From Acidobacteriota bacterium (GTDB lineage Bacteria > Acidobacteriota > Terriglobia > Terriglobales > Acidobacteriaceae): 64,000 nucleotides of DNA. The position numbers were made by a program, and so were the translations under genes. The stretch covers positions 13,868-77,867 of the forward strand of contig JAYTFR010000083.1 in assembly GCA_043734125.1 (NCBI GenBank), in the 5' to 3' direction. The stretch's first letter is position 1, and each line of letters starts with the position of its first letter. Shown piece by piece: positions 26,224 to 36,600 of this stretch. The notes below the pieces were generated by a model. That model did not search any database and was not told the origin of the DNA. It worked only from the letters and a program-made list of their open reading frames with translations.

Positions 26224-27966
26224 TCAGCGGAACGCCCTCCCCTTAACTATGCCGTGGCCCTCGCGGACGGTGACTAACTGATCAGCGGGAATCTTCTGGA
26301 AACTCTCCAAGGCACCGGACGGCCAATGGATTTCGACGTTCGCCGAAGTAGTCTCGCCAAGGCCGAAATGCAGGCGCGGATCGTTCGCCGAGAGATAACT
26401 GGACTGGCTGGTTACGGACTGAGCCTGAACCTTTCCGCCATAGCGGACCAGAACGCGCGCACCGATGGCGCTGCGGTTACTCTTAGTGCCTTCGAGGCGA
26501 ATCTTGATCCAGTGGTTCCCGGCGGGGGCGTCATTGCGCAACAGCGACGGCGGCTCGTTACGGTTCATGATGAGCACGTCGATGTCGCCGTCATTATCGA
26601 AATCCCCAAACGCGCAGCCCCGGCTGATGAAGGGCGCATCGAGGTCGGGGCCAACCTCGCGGCGATGCATGTGGGTGAACGTCCCATTTCCTTGATTGCG
26701 ATACAGGAGCCGCGGATTCCGGGCCTGATACTTCGGGCGAACCCGCTCCAGTTCCGGATAGACGGTGCCGTTGACCACGAGAATATCGGGATAGCCGTCG
26801 TTGTCGAAATCCGCGAGCCCGGTTCCCCAACTGATGAAGGTGCGCTCGGACAGGAAGCCGGCGGAGCTGGTCATGTCTTCGAACTCCGCCTTTCCGTTGT
26901 TGCGGTAGATTCCAGTAGCCTCGTTGAGGAAGTGAGTTTTGATCAGATCAAGATGTCCGCTAAGCCCATAGTCCCCAATGGCGACGCCCATGCCACCAAG
27001 CTGAAGACCTTCGCCGCTGAGGGCGACGCCGCGTTGCAGCCCCTCTTCTCGAAAGGTTCCATCGTGATTGTTCATCAAGAGAAAACTCGCGGAGGAATCG
27101 CAGGCCACGAAAATATCCTGCCAGCCGTCTTCGTCGGCGTCGAAGGCGACCGCGGTCAGGCCGTACGAATTCTTGAGGTTGGCGACACCCGTTTCCTTGG
27201 ACACGTCGGAAAAGGTGCCGTCGCCGTTATTCCTGTATAGGAACTGAGGGGAAGTGGGCAGGCCTTTGGGACCGCAATTCACGGGTACGCCCTGGTAGTT
27301 GCAGAAGGGCAGGTTGAGCGAAGGTTTCGGAGCCGATGTCAGGTCGATCTCGAGATAATTCGAAACAAAGAGGTCAAGGTGGCCGTCGCGGTTGTAGTCC
27401 ACGAAAGTGCAGCCGGTGCCAAAGCGCGTGGTGGGATGCAGGAGGCCGGCCGCAGCCGTCACATCAGTGAATGTGCCGTCGCCATTGTTCCGAAAAAGCT
27501 GGTTCTGTCCATAATAGGTGATGAACAGATCTTCGAATCCGTCGTTGTTATAGTCGCCGACGCAGACGCCATTAGCCCAGCCAGAGAACTTGAGCCCGGC
27601 CTTTTCAGTGACGTCGGTGAAAGTGCCGTCGCGGTTGTTGCGATAAAGCCGGTTGCTTGCGTCAGGTGGCGTATTTTCGAGCTTGCGTCCGCCGAGCACA
27701 AAGATGTCCATCCAGCCGTCATTGTCGTAGTCCAGAAAGGCGCAACCGGCTCCCAGAACCTCCACGATGTAGGTGGAGCGATCCGGCTCGCCGTAAACCA
27801 TGGTTTCAATCAGGCCGGCGCTCTTTGCAATGTCAGTAAAGTGCGAAAAAGGCGAGAACAGGATCTGAGCCGCAGAAACCCCAAGCGCAGACCTGCGCAG
27901 CAACAGTGGTGTGGACGCCAGCGCCAGTGACTGCAACCACCCACGCCGTGTGAAACGGGTCCCCAT
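26224..27966 (-). CDS. CRTAC1-family protein (FG-GAP/VCBS repeats + ASPIC/UnbV C-terminal domain), Tat-like signal
   Basis: Repeated (Y/F)RNNGDGTFTDVT...DYD/NNDG motifs. C-terminal NHWIKIRLEGTKSNRSAIGARV...DPRLHFGLG matches UnbV_ASPIC. The N-terminus is MGTRFTRRGWLQSLALAS. GGAGCGGAG lies upstream of ATG 27966. An alternative ATG at 28023 lies 2 nt after the upstream stop. Confidence 0.85.
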   Translation of the reverse strand: MGTRFTRRGWLQSLALASTPLLLRRSALGVSAAQILFSPFSHFTDIAKSAGLIETMVYGEPDRSTYIVEVLGAGCAFLDYDNDGWMDIFVLGGRKLENTPPDASNRLYRNNRDGTFTDVTEKAGLKFSGWANGVCVGDYNNDGFEDLFITYYGQNQLFRNNGDGTFTDVTAAAGLLHPTTRFGTGCTFVDYNRDGHLDLFVSNYLEIDLTSAPKPSLNLPFCNYQGVPVNCGPKGLPTSPQFLYRNNGDGTFSDVSKETGVANLKNSYGLTAVAFDADEDGWQDIFVACDSSASFLLMNNHDGTFREEGLQRGVALSGEGLQLGGMGVAIGDYGLSGHLDLIKTHFLNEATGIYRNNGKAEFEDMTSSAGFLSERTFISWGTGLADFDNDGYPDILVVNGTVYPELERVRPKYQARNPRLLYRNQGNGTFTHMHRREVGPDLDAPFISRGCAFGDFDNDGDIDVLIMNRNEPPSLLRNDAPAGNHWIKIRLEGTKSNRSAIGARVLVRYGGKVQAQSVTSQSSYLSANDPRLHFGLGETTSANVEIHWPSGALESFQKIPADQLVTVREGHGIVKGRAFR

Positions 27967-28025
27967 TGCTCCGCTCCCCGGGCCTCGAAATGCAAATTTT
28001 GACAGTCGTGATGCGTCATGCATTA

Positions 28026-29687
28026 TCAGTGCTCAGAGGCGCTGAGTTCCTGCTGTAACTGCAGCGCCTGGGCGTTGTTTGGATCCGCTTTCAATGCACT
28101 CGCGACTGCCTGACGTGCCTCTGAAATTTTCGACTCCATTCCCAGTGTGGCTGCCAAATTGATCCAAGCCTCCGCGTAGGCGGGGGCAGCCCGCACCGCC
28201 TGGCGAAAATGTTCTTCCGCGGCAGCGGTGTCTCCGCTGCGCGAAGCTAAATATCCAATCTGATTCTGCGCGACGGCCAGGGCTGGATCGAGCTGGAGTG
28301 CTTTCTCCAAGGCCGTCTTTTCGGCAGCGGCGTCTCCGGCTTTGTCCAGTGCAGTCGCAAGTTTGAACTGCAACATGGCGTCGTCGGGGTTGGCGGTCAC
28401 TGCTTCTCGATACGAGGCCACGGCCTGCGGAGCGTGTCCCTGGGCCAGTTCGTTGTCGGCTTGGGTTTCTTTGAGCTTCGAGATTCGGAGGTTCGATGCA
28501 GCGGCCATCTGATCGCTATACAACTTGAACTGCTGGTTCGCCGCTTCGGTGTTGCCCAGCGAACGCAGTGCCTTGGCGAGCTGGAAACGGACTTCGGGGC
28601 GCTGGTCACCGAGTTTGATGGCTTGTTGAAACTCGCGCGCGGCGCCGGCTTCGTCCTTGAGCGCCGCCAGGACCATGCCGAGCGTGTAGTGGGCCTGGTC
28701 GTAATTGGGATCGATCGCGAGCGACTTCTCAAGATGCGCTCTGGCGGCGGCGTAGCCGCCAGACTGCTCTTCCAGCATTCCGTTCGCATATAGAAGGTAG
28801 GAATCCTGCGGATGGGAAGCGAGCAGTTTGCGCGCCAGCGGGGCGGCGCGAGAGAGGTCTGCGGCTTGGCCGCCTTGCGGTATCCATGCAACCAACAAAC
28901 GCAGGAGCAGTTTCTGCGGCTCGAGGTCATCCGGATGCGTCGATGCGAAGTTCTCTGCCAGGTTGACCGGTTCCTGGAAATCGCGCTGATAGGCACGCTG
29001 ATCGACCAGGATTCCAATCAAGGCGCGCAATAAAATAAATGAGGAGGGGTTTTCCGCGACCGCCTTCCGCAGCACCGTCTCGGCCTCAGGCACCGATCCT
29101 GCCTTGCCGTACGCCTCTGCGAGATCCAGCTGCAGAGTGGCGTCTTGCGCGCCTTGTAGCAGGTTTATGGCTGCCGAATAGTTCCCTTCGCTCATCAGGT
29201 GTTGGGCGAGGCCATGCAGCGCAGCCACGGATTTGCCATCGTGACGCAGTGCTTCTTCCCACTCGGATTTGGCCGCGTCGGCGCGATTGGAGGCGTCTAA
29301 CACTTCGGCCAGTTTCGCGTGTGCGTCGGCCGAATCTGGAGCAAGCGTGAGTGCGCGCCGAAGCGCGGTCTCAGCGCCGCTGGAGTCGCCCCCTGCAAAA
29401 AGGCTGTTGCCTAAAAGAAATGCGAGGCGGCTTGACTGGGGATCCAAGTTTGTTGCGGACTTGAATTCCTGCGCGGCGCAGTGGAATTGACTGCGTTCAG
29501 CGAACCAGGCGCCAAGTGCAGCATGAGCCTTGGAATCGGGATGGGAACGCAGCTGGTTTTGAAAAGAGGCCGGAGGCAAGCAAGAGATTTGCGCTGTGGA
29601 AGCTTGGGCGTTGGCTTCGTATGAAAGCAGTCCTGCAATTGACGCGATCGCCAACGCGGACTTTTTGAACCATGGACTTTTGAGCAT
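28026..29687 (-). CDS. Secreted TPR repeat protein (module A)
   Basis: Signal peptide MLKSPWFKKSALAIASIAGLLSYEANAQ, then more than 12 TPR repeats. It is paralogous to 31571-33187; for example AEEHFRQAVRAAPAYAEAWINLAATLG aligns with AEKHFREAIRAAPAFTEAWVNLAATLG. Confidence 0.8.
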   Translation of the reverse strand: MLKSPWFKKSALAIASIAGLLSYEANAQASTAQISCLPPASFQNQLRSHPDSKAHAALGAWFAERSQFHCAAQEFKSATNLDPQSSRLAFLLGNSLFAGGDSSGAETALRRALTLAPDSADAHAKLAEVLDASNRADAAKSEWEEALRHDGKSVAALHGLAQHLMSEGNYSAAINLLQGAQDATLQLDLAEAYGKAGSVPEAETVLRKAVAENPSSFILLRALIGILVDQRAYQRDFQEPVNLAENFASTHPDDLEPQKLLLRLLVAWIPQGGQAADLSRAAPLARKLLASHPQDSYLLYANGMLEEQSGGYAAARAHLEKSLAIDPNYDQAHYTLGMVLAALKDEAGAAREFQQAIKLGDQRPEVRFQLAKALRSLGNTEAANQQFKLYSDQMAAASNLRISKLKETQADNELAQGHAPQAVASYREAVTANPDDAMLQFKLATALDKAGDAAAEKTALEKALQLDPALAVAQNQIGYLASRSGDTAAAEEHFRQAVRAAPAYAEAWINLAATLGMESKISEARQAVASALKADPNNAQALQLQQELSASEH

Positions 29688-29781
29688 AACTTCCAGCACG
29701 AATGACCGGCCACGCGCCCGATGTAAACGATCGTAAAGATAGTTTAGCCGCAGCTATTGCCGCAACCCTATTCTGCGGGGC

Positions 29782-31536
29782 CTAGGGCGTTTGTAAGGGA
29801 CGGCCCTTCACAATTCCAGAGCCTTCGCGAATAGTGACTAGTTGGTTTGCGCTTATTTTGTTAAAGGTTTCAGAGATCCCGGTCGGCCAGTGCACCTCGA
29901 TATCCACCGAAGTCGATTGGCCCAGTCCGAAGTGCAGTCGGGGATCGTTGGAGGAAAGAAAACTGGCCTGGCTGGTCACGCACTTGGCCTGAATCTTTCC
30001 GCCGTAGCGCGCCAGAACGCGCGAACCAATTGCGCTCCGGTTGCTTTTTGTTCCCTCGAGGCGAACTTTAACCCAGTGATTCCCCGAAGGCGCGTCGTTG
30101 CGCAGAAGGGACGGCGGTTCATTGCGGTTCATGACCAGGATGTCGATGTCGCCATCGTTGTCGAAGTCCCCGAACGCTGCGCCGCGACTGAGGTGCCGCG
30201 CGGAAATTCCGGGGCCAGCTTCATCGCCGAGTTCCACAAAGGTTCCGTCACCGCGGTTGCGCCACAACAGGCGCGGATTGCTCGCCGGATATTTTGCGTA
30301 AACCCGCTCCAACTCGGGCGCGAAGGTCCCCGAAGCGATGAAAATATCGGGATAGCCGTCATTGTCGAAGTCTTCCAGCCCAATGCCCCAGCTTACGAAT
30401 CTCCGCTCGGCGCCGAGTCCAGCGTGCAAGGTCACGTCGTCAAATTCGCCCTTGCCATTATTGCGGTAAACGCCAGTGGATTGATGCACAAAATGCGTCT
30501 TGACCACATCGAGGTGCCCGTCCAGATCAAAGTCCCCCACTCCGACTCCCATGCCGGCCAGCAGGCTGCCATCTCGGCTGACCGCCAGCCCGCGCAGCAT
30601 GGCTTCTTCCCGGAAAGTGCCGTCATGGTTATTGAGCAGTAACAGGCTAGGAGTCGCATCGCAGGCCACGACCAAGTCCGTCCACCCATCTTCGTCGACG
30701 TCAGCAGCGACCGCGGTGAAACCGTACGAAGTCTTGATGCTCGCAATGCCAGACTCCTTTGACACGTCCGTAAATGTTCCGTCGCCATTGTTTCGATACA
30801 GGGAGTGGGTGGGGACGCCGAGGCCGCCTGGGCCGCAATTAGTCGGCACGCCCTCGAAGTTGCAGTTCGGAACCTGCAGCGAAGGTTTCGGAGCGGTCGC
30901 CAGATCGATGTCCACATAGTGAGAGACAAACAGGTCGAGGAAGCCGTCGCGGTTGTAATCGAAGAACGAGGAGCCTGATCCAAAGCGGGTGCCCGGATGC
31001 AGAAGCCCGGCTTTCTCAGTTACATCGGTGAACGTTCCGTCTCCGTTATTACGGAACAGTTTGTTCTGGCCGTAATAGGTGATGAAGAGATCTTCCAACC
31101 CGTCATTGTTGTAATCGCCTACGCATACGCCGCATGCCCATCCTGGACTGGCGAGCCCGGACTTTTCCGTGACGTCGGTGAAAGTGCCGTCGCGGTTGTT
31201 GCGATACAGCCGGTTGCCGCTGCCGGGGGGTGTGCCTTCCAACGTGCGGCCGCCTAGAATCAACGCGTCCATCCAGCCGTCGTTGTCGTAATCGAAGAAA
31301 GCGCACCCGGCGCCATTGACCTCCACAATATAGGTGTTGTGATCCGGGTTCCCGTACAGCGTGGTGTGCGTGAGCCCGGCGGAAGCGGCGACATCGACAA
31401 ATTTCGAAAATGGGGGTGGTCTATCGGACGCGACCGCGGCCTGCAGGACTTCGGGAATCAAAAAAGGGGCGAGCGCCGCCGGAGCGGTCCGAAGCAGCCG
31501 TCGCCGAGTCCATCTTCCCGGATACGAAAGGTTCAT
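29782..31536 (-). CDS. CRTAC1-family protein (FG-GAP/VCBS + ASPIC/UnbV), Tat-like signal
   Basis: Collinear with 26224-27966 at roughly 65-70 percent identity by eye (e.g. LYRNNRDGTFTDVTEK, GVCVGDYNNDG, NHWVKVRLEGTKSNRSAIGSRV). The N-terminus is GRWTRRRLLRTAPAALA. Confidence 0.85.
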   Translation of the reverse strand: MNLSYPGRWTRRRLLRTAPAALAPFLIPEVLQAAVASDRPPPFSKFVDVAASAGLTHTTLYGNPDHNTYIVEVNGAGCAFFDYDNDGWMDALILGGRTLEGTPPGSGNRLYRNNRDGTFTDVTEKSGLASPGWACGVCVGDYNNDGLEDLFITYYGQNKLFRNNGDGTFTDVTEKAGLLHPGTRFGSGSSFFDYNRDGFLDLFVSHYVDIDLATAPKPSLQVPNCNFEGVPTNCGPGGLGVPTHSLYRNNGDGTFTDVSKESGIASIKTSYGFTAVAADVDEDGWTDLVVACDATPSLLLLNNHDGTFREEAMLRGLAVSRDGSLLAGMGVGVGDFDLDGHLDVVKTHFVHQSTGVYRNNGKGEFDDVTLHAGLGAERRFVSWGIGLEDFDNDGYPDIFIASGTFAPELERVYAKYPASNPRLLWRNRGDGTFVELGDEAGPGISARHLSRGAAFGDFDNDGDIDILVMNRNEPPSLLRNDAPSGNHWVKVRLEGTKSNRSAIGSRVLARYGGKIQAKCVTSQASFLSSNDPRLHFGLGQSTSVDIEVHWPTGISETFNKISANQLVTIREGSGIVKGRPLQTP

Positions 31537-31570
31537 AAGAAGTTAGGATGCGCCGGGATCTGATTCATGA

Positions 31571-33187
31571 TCAGTGCAGCGCCTGGGCTTTGGCAAGCGT
31601 GTCGCGCAGCAGCAAAGCTTGCGGGTTCATGGGTTCTAACTGCAGGGCGCTCTCGACTGCCTCGCCGGCCTCCGGGAAACGCGACTGCAGACCTAGGGTG
31701 GCGGCCAGATTCACCCAAGCTTCGGTGAACGCGGGTGCCGCGCGGATGGCTTCACGAAAATGTTTTTCAGCGGCGACGGCATCGCCGCTCTCCGAGTCGA
31801 GAAAGCCTAATTGATTCTGGGCAGGCGCCATGTCCGGGTTGAGTTGGATTGCTTTTTCCAGCAAAACCCGTTCGCCGGGAATATCGGCCTGTTTGTCGAG
31901 GGCTACGGCCAATTTGAAATTTAGCTCGGCGTCGTCGGGGGTTGCGGTCAGCGCCTCGCGATAAAAAGCCGCGGCATGTACTGCGTCTCCAGCCTCGAGA
32001 GCTTTATCCGCCTGGGCGGTCTTGCTGGCCGCCAACGCCGCGTTGTGTTGCTGCTGCAAAGATTCGCGGTACTGCTTCAGTTGTTCGGCTGAGGCGGCAT
32101 TTTCTCCCAGGCTGCGCAGCAACTTGCCGAGCTGCAGGTGGACCTCGGGCTCGGTAGCTCCGAGAGCGAGGGCCTTCTCCAGTTCTTCCCGGGCAGGCTG
32201 CAATTCGCCAAGCTGCGTCAACGTCAACCCTAGACGGAAGTGCGGTGCAGACACGGACGGGTTCAAGGCGATGGCTTGCTGCAAGTGTTCGCGCGCAGAT
32301 TTAAATTCGCCCAAGTCGTACTCCATCACTCCGTTGACCACGAGCACGCGGAAGTCATGGGGCGCCAGCTTCAGTAATTTCTTGCCGAGCGGTTGTCCGA
32401 CGGCCTTGTTTCCGGTCAACAACAGGACTTGCAAATATAGAATCTGCGTTTCCATGTCTGAGGGATGCTGCCGTGCCGTGCTCGCGCACAGTTTCTCCGC
32501 CGCCTGATATTGGTATCGCTGCATCTCGATGCGGACCAGGGCATTGGCCAGAATTTCGGAAGAAGGCTTCTTTTTCAGGGCGCTGTTCAGGACCTTAAAG
32601 GCCTCGTCATAAATCTTAAGTCCCATGTAGCTCTGAGCAAGGTCCGAGATGAGGATGGGGTCACCTGGAGTGGGGCGCAGCAAGGCAATCACTTTGGTGT
32701 ACTCGCGATTCTTCAGCAAGCCGCGGGCGAGTCCGTGGAGGGCTTCGGTGGAAGAACGGTCGAGCTTGAGTGCAGAGTGCCAATGAATGGACGCGTCCTC
32801 GAACCGGCCGACTTGCTCGAGCGCTTCGGCTAGAACCAAATGCGGCTTCAAGACCCCAGGAGCGAGTTCAATGGATCGCTGCAGCGGCGCAATAGCGGCT
32901 TGTGACTGCCCCGAAAAATGCAAACTCAGGCCGAGCAAGTATTGGAACCGGGAGGAATTGGGAGCAAGTTTTACGGCCGACTCGTAGGCCTGGGCAGCAC
33001 ACGCATATTCACGGTGATCGCCAAAGTACGAGCCTAACTCGCCGTAAAGATCCGCAGATGCGCCGGACTTCAGACGGGATTGAAGGCTTGGCGGAGGCGT
33101 GCAGGCAGCAAAAGTGATTGCGGTTAATCGCAATGCGGTGGCAATCAACAGCAGACCCTTAGTCCGCTTTGACACAGAGGTTGACAT
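31571..33187 (-). CDS. Secreted or lipoprotein TPR repeat protein (module B)
   Basis: N-terminus MSTSVSKRTKGLLLIATALRLTAITFAAC (possible lipobox). Many TPR repeats. Paralog of 28026-29687. Confidence 0.8.
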   Translation of the reverse strand: MSTSVSKRTKGLLLIATALRLTAITFAACTPPPSLQSRLKSGASADLYGELGSYFGDHREYACAAQAYESAVKLAPNSSRFQYLLGLSLHFSGQSQAAIAPLQRSIELAPGVLKPHLVLAEALEQVGRFEDASIHWHSALKLDRSSTEALHGLARGLLKNREYTKVIALLRPTPGDPILISDLAQSYMGLKIYDEAFKVLNSALKKKPSSEILANALVRIEMQRYQYQAAEKLCASTARQHPSDMETQILYLQVLLLTGNKAVGQPLGKKLLKLAPHDFRVLVVNGVMEYDLGEFKSAREHLQQAIALNPSVSAPHFRLGLTLTQLGELQPAREELEKALALGATEPEVHLQLGKLLRSLGENAASAEQLKQYRESLQQQHNAALAASKTAQADKALEAGDAVHAAAFYREALTATPDDAELNFKLAVALDKQADIPGERVLLEKAIQLNPDMAPAQNQLGFLDSESGDAVAAEKHFREAIRAAPAFTEAWVNLAATLGLQSRFPEAGEAVESALQLEPMNPQALLLRDTLAKAQALH

Positions 33188-33488
33188 GGGCAAAGAGAAG
33201 ACGCGGCGCAGAATGGCATGCGCCTACTCAAGAATAGTCCCGCTTGGCATGGCATCGCAAATTGCAGGTTCCCGACAAAGCGACGCTCAGCGGAGGGTTT
33301 GAAATTCCTGATGAAAGACGCAGTAGCTGAACCCGACCGGTCGGTCTCCTTGATTGGACTGCGCACTTTATTACGTTATAGTGGCACTTTCGGTGTCGGG
33401 TAGTCGCCTATTAAGAGACTTGTTTGCAGTGGTTTAGGAAGTCTCTGAAGTGTTACGGAAAGTTTTACAACAATAACGTTTTTTTTGC

Positions 33489-33519
33489 TTGACAGTGCTC
33501 ATTAACACACGTTAAAAAT
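33489..33519 (+). promoter_or_regulatory. Candidate sigma70 promoter for the TonB-dependent receptor gene
   Basis: A perfect TTGACA (33489-33494) is preceded by a T8 run (UP-like). A/T-rich TTAAAAAT lies 17-18 nt downstream. Confidence 0.45.
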
Positions 33520-33536
33520 GCTCCCCAGCCAGGAAA

Positions 33537-33563
33537 TAGTGTTTTTGTATTAGTGTTTTTGTA
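33537..33563 (+). repeat. Tandem direct repeat TAGTGTTTTTGTA x2 (14-bp period) in the putative 5-prime UTR
   Basis: Exact 13-mer at 33537-33549 and 33551-33563, about 20 nt downstream of the candidate -10 element and 113 nt upstream of the start codon. Confidence 0.7.
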
Positions 33564-33675
33564 CTAAGGACGCTTGCCAGGCTTGAAAAAGGGGAGGGTC
33601 GGAACGCCCGGCCCATATGGTTTCAAACTCGGGCGGGGAAATTGCCCCGTCACAGCTTCAACTGGAGGCAGTTAA

Positions 33676-36600
33676 ATGACTTCGAAGTCAAATCTTGCGG
33701 TCTGGACCAGGGCGGGCCTTGTAGCCTGTCTGGCCGTTTTTGTGTCGGTAGCCTCGCTCAGTTTTGGTCAGCAGCTGACCGGAACGCTATCGGGCACGAC
33801 CATGGATTCGACTGGTGCCGTTGTCGCGAACGCCAAAGTTTCGATGAAGAACCAACTTTCTGGCGATACGCGTACCACGGTGTCTAACGGATCTGGTTAT
33901 TTCTCAATCACCGCGGTTCAGCCTGGTACTTACTCGGTGACCGTCTCTGCCCCAGGATTTAAAAACTGGGAGCAGTCGGGCATCGTGTTCTCACAGGGCG
34001 ATAGCCGTTCTCTTTCGCAAATTGCTCTACAGGTCGGTGCGATCACCGAGACCGTTCAAATTGAGGCTGGCGCGCTGTCTGTTCCTACAGACAACGCCGA
34101 GGTCAGCACCACCCTCAACGAGACAATGATTCAGGATGTGCCGATTCTCGGCCGCGATGCTGGTGAGCTCATTAAGCTGATGCCCGGCGCGGTTTCCACC
34201 AACGGAATCAACCAGGGAAATAGCTTCAGCGACAAAGTCGTCGGAACCAACACTGGCCCGGTCGGCGCGTACTCGGTCAATGGCACGCAGCCCAACGGTT
34301 CCATGGCCTTCATGCTTGACGGCGCCAACCTGGTCGATCCGGGCAATGCCGGAACCCAGATTGCAAACATCAACCAGGACATGGTCTCAGAAGTAAAGAT
34401 GCTCATGTCTTCGTACAGCGCCGAATATGCGAAGGGCCCGGTGATTTTCCAGGCCTTCAGCAAGAGCGGTGGCACTCAGTATCATGGTGAGGGGTATCTG
34501 TACGCCCGCAACCAGGCCCTGAACTCGATCGACGCGTACACGCATAGCCAGGGTCAAATTCCTGGCGATGAGAGCTTCTATTACATGGGCGGCAACGTGG
34601 GCGGCCCAGTGATTCCGGGCCACAAGAAGCTGTTCTTCTGGGGCGGCTACGAGTACATGCGCCAGCACCCGGCAGGCTCGTTCCACAACTACAACACCCC
34701 GACCGCCGAGCAGCGGGCCGGTGATTTCAGCGAAACGACGATTGACGGTGCGCCGGGAAAAGTGCTGGATCCGAACACCAACCAGTACGTAAATACACCA
34801 CTGCTGGCGCAGTTAGGGACGACGTGGGGCTACGCGTACAACATTCCCTGGAACCTGGCCAGCGGCACCACATCACCAGGCCCCGGCAACGCAGTCCCGG
34901 TCACCCCTGACCCGTTTGCGACCGCGCTGTTGCCCCTCTACCCCAAGGCCAACGTGGCGCCATCGGCAAACAATGGGTGGAACAACCTTATTCTCGCGTC
35001 CAACAATCCCCAGAACCGCTGGGAGGCGACGGGCAAGGTTGACTACGCCATTAATGACAACACCAAATTGACAGGGTCCTATACCCGTCAAATTGAAAAC
35101 GACTCTATTCCGTTCGAAATGTGGTGGCAGGGACCAGCGTGGTCGTTGCCCTATCCCTCGAATGCCATTGCCAAGACGGTTTCGCAAGAGGTCATGGCGA
35201 ACTTCACCCACGTATTCAATCCGACTACGACCAACGAGTTCGTTTACACGCTGGCGCGCTATATCAATCCAGCGATCCTGACGAACCCCGCCGCCGTAGA
35301 CCGTTACAAGATCGGATTTAACGTGACCCCGCTTTTCGCTAACAACGCGAGCGTTAAGCAGATCCCTGATTTCATTGCACCCTGGGGCGGCACGCTGCCG
35401 GATATCCGGCAGGTTTCGTTCTCCAGTAACTTTGGCGCCGGCAAGAACGCGTTCGGAGCTCTCAAGAAGGACCCTTCGATCTATGACAACTTCACCAAGG
35501 TCCTAGGGGCCCACACGGTGAAGGTGGGAGCTTATTGGGATACCAGCGGCAACGTGCAATCCGCCAATGGTTTCAACCCCAACAATAAAGGAGCAGTCAA
35601 CGTAGCCAACGGCTGGAATGGCAACGACAGCGGCAACGATGTTGCCGACCTGCTGTTGGGCAATGCCGGTAGCTACCAGGAGGTCAGCTCGGGTGGACCG
35701 GTTACCGGAACCTATATTAAAGGCCACCAGTATTCGGTCTATGCCCAGGACAGCTTCAAGGCGAGCCGCCAGTTGACGTTGAACTACGGTCTCCGGCTTG
35801 ATCACGTTGGCCAATGGTTTGGACCGCCCAATGGAGCCCAGGTTTGGGATCCGGCGTTGTACTCGAATGTCCCCTGGACGTCTGACCCCCTCACTGGAGC
35901 CTGCCTGACGAACTGCAACACCGGGTTGACATGGCATGCGATCAACAGCAGCATTCCGGTCTCCGGCTTTGTTTCCCCGACGTTCTACTACGAGCCGCGT
36001 GTGGGCTTTGCGTATGACATCTTCGGAAACGGTAAGTCGGTACTTCGCGGAGGCTTTGCTGCGTTCCGATATCAGGTTGCGGTGAACGACGTCGGAGGCC
36101 CGTTCAATGGACCGGCCGGCATATTCACCTACACAGCATTCAACAAAACAACTCCACAGTTCACCGGCAACACAGGGACTCCGCAATACAACGGCCAGCC
36201 TTGCACTGGGTTTGAAACAATCAATTGCGCAGCCAGCCTCGGGTTCACGCCGCCTTCCGGCTCCGTCCAGAACGGCGGAAGCTTTCAGGCGATCCTAAAG
36301 GGCGACAACAAGACCCCGGTGGTGTACGACTGGAACATGACGGTGTCACAGGCGATGCCCTGGCGCTCAGTCCTGGAAGTTTCCTACGTTGCCAACAAGA
36401 GCCAGAACCAGTTGCTGAATAGCGGAAACAGTGGCGATACCAACCAGAACGCGGTTCAGCCGGGCGGCTATTTCTTCCCGGATGCGGCGAAGGGTGGTCT
36501 CTATACCTCAACCAGTGCTCTTACTTGCAACAATAGCGGTAACGACGGCAATGGCGTCCCCAAAGCTGCCGGAAATGCTCTCGATTGCATCCAACCTGGC

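Noticed and set aside
33537-33563. Tandem repeat considered as a mini CRISPR or other array.
   Set aside because: There are only two 13-nt units with a 1-nt spacer and no cas genes. I treat it as a regulatory direct repeat.
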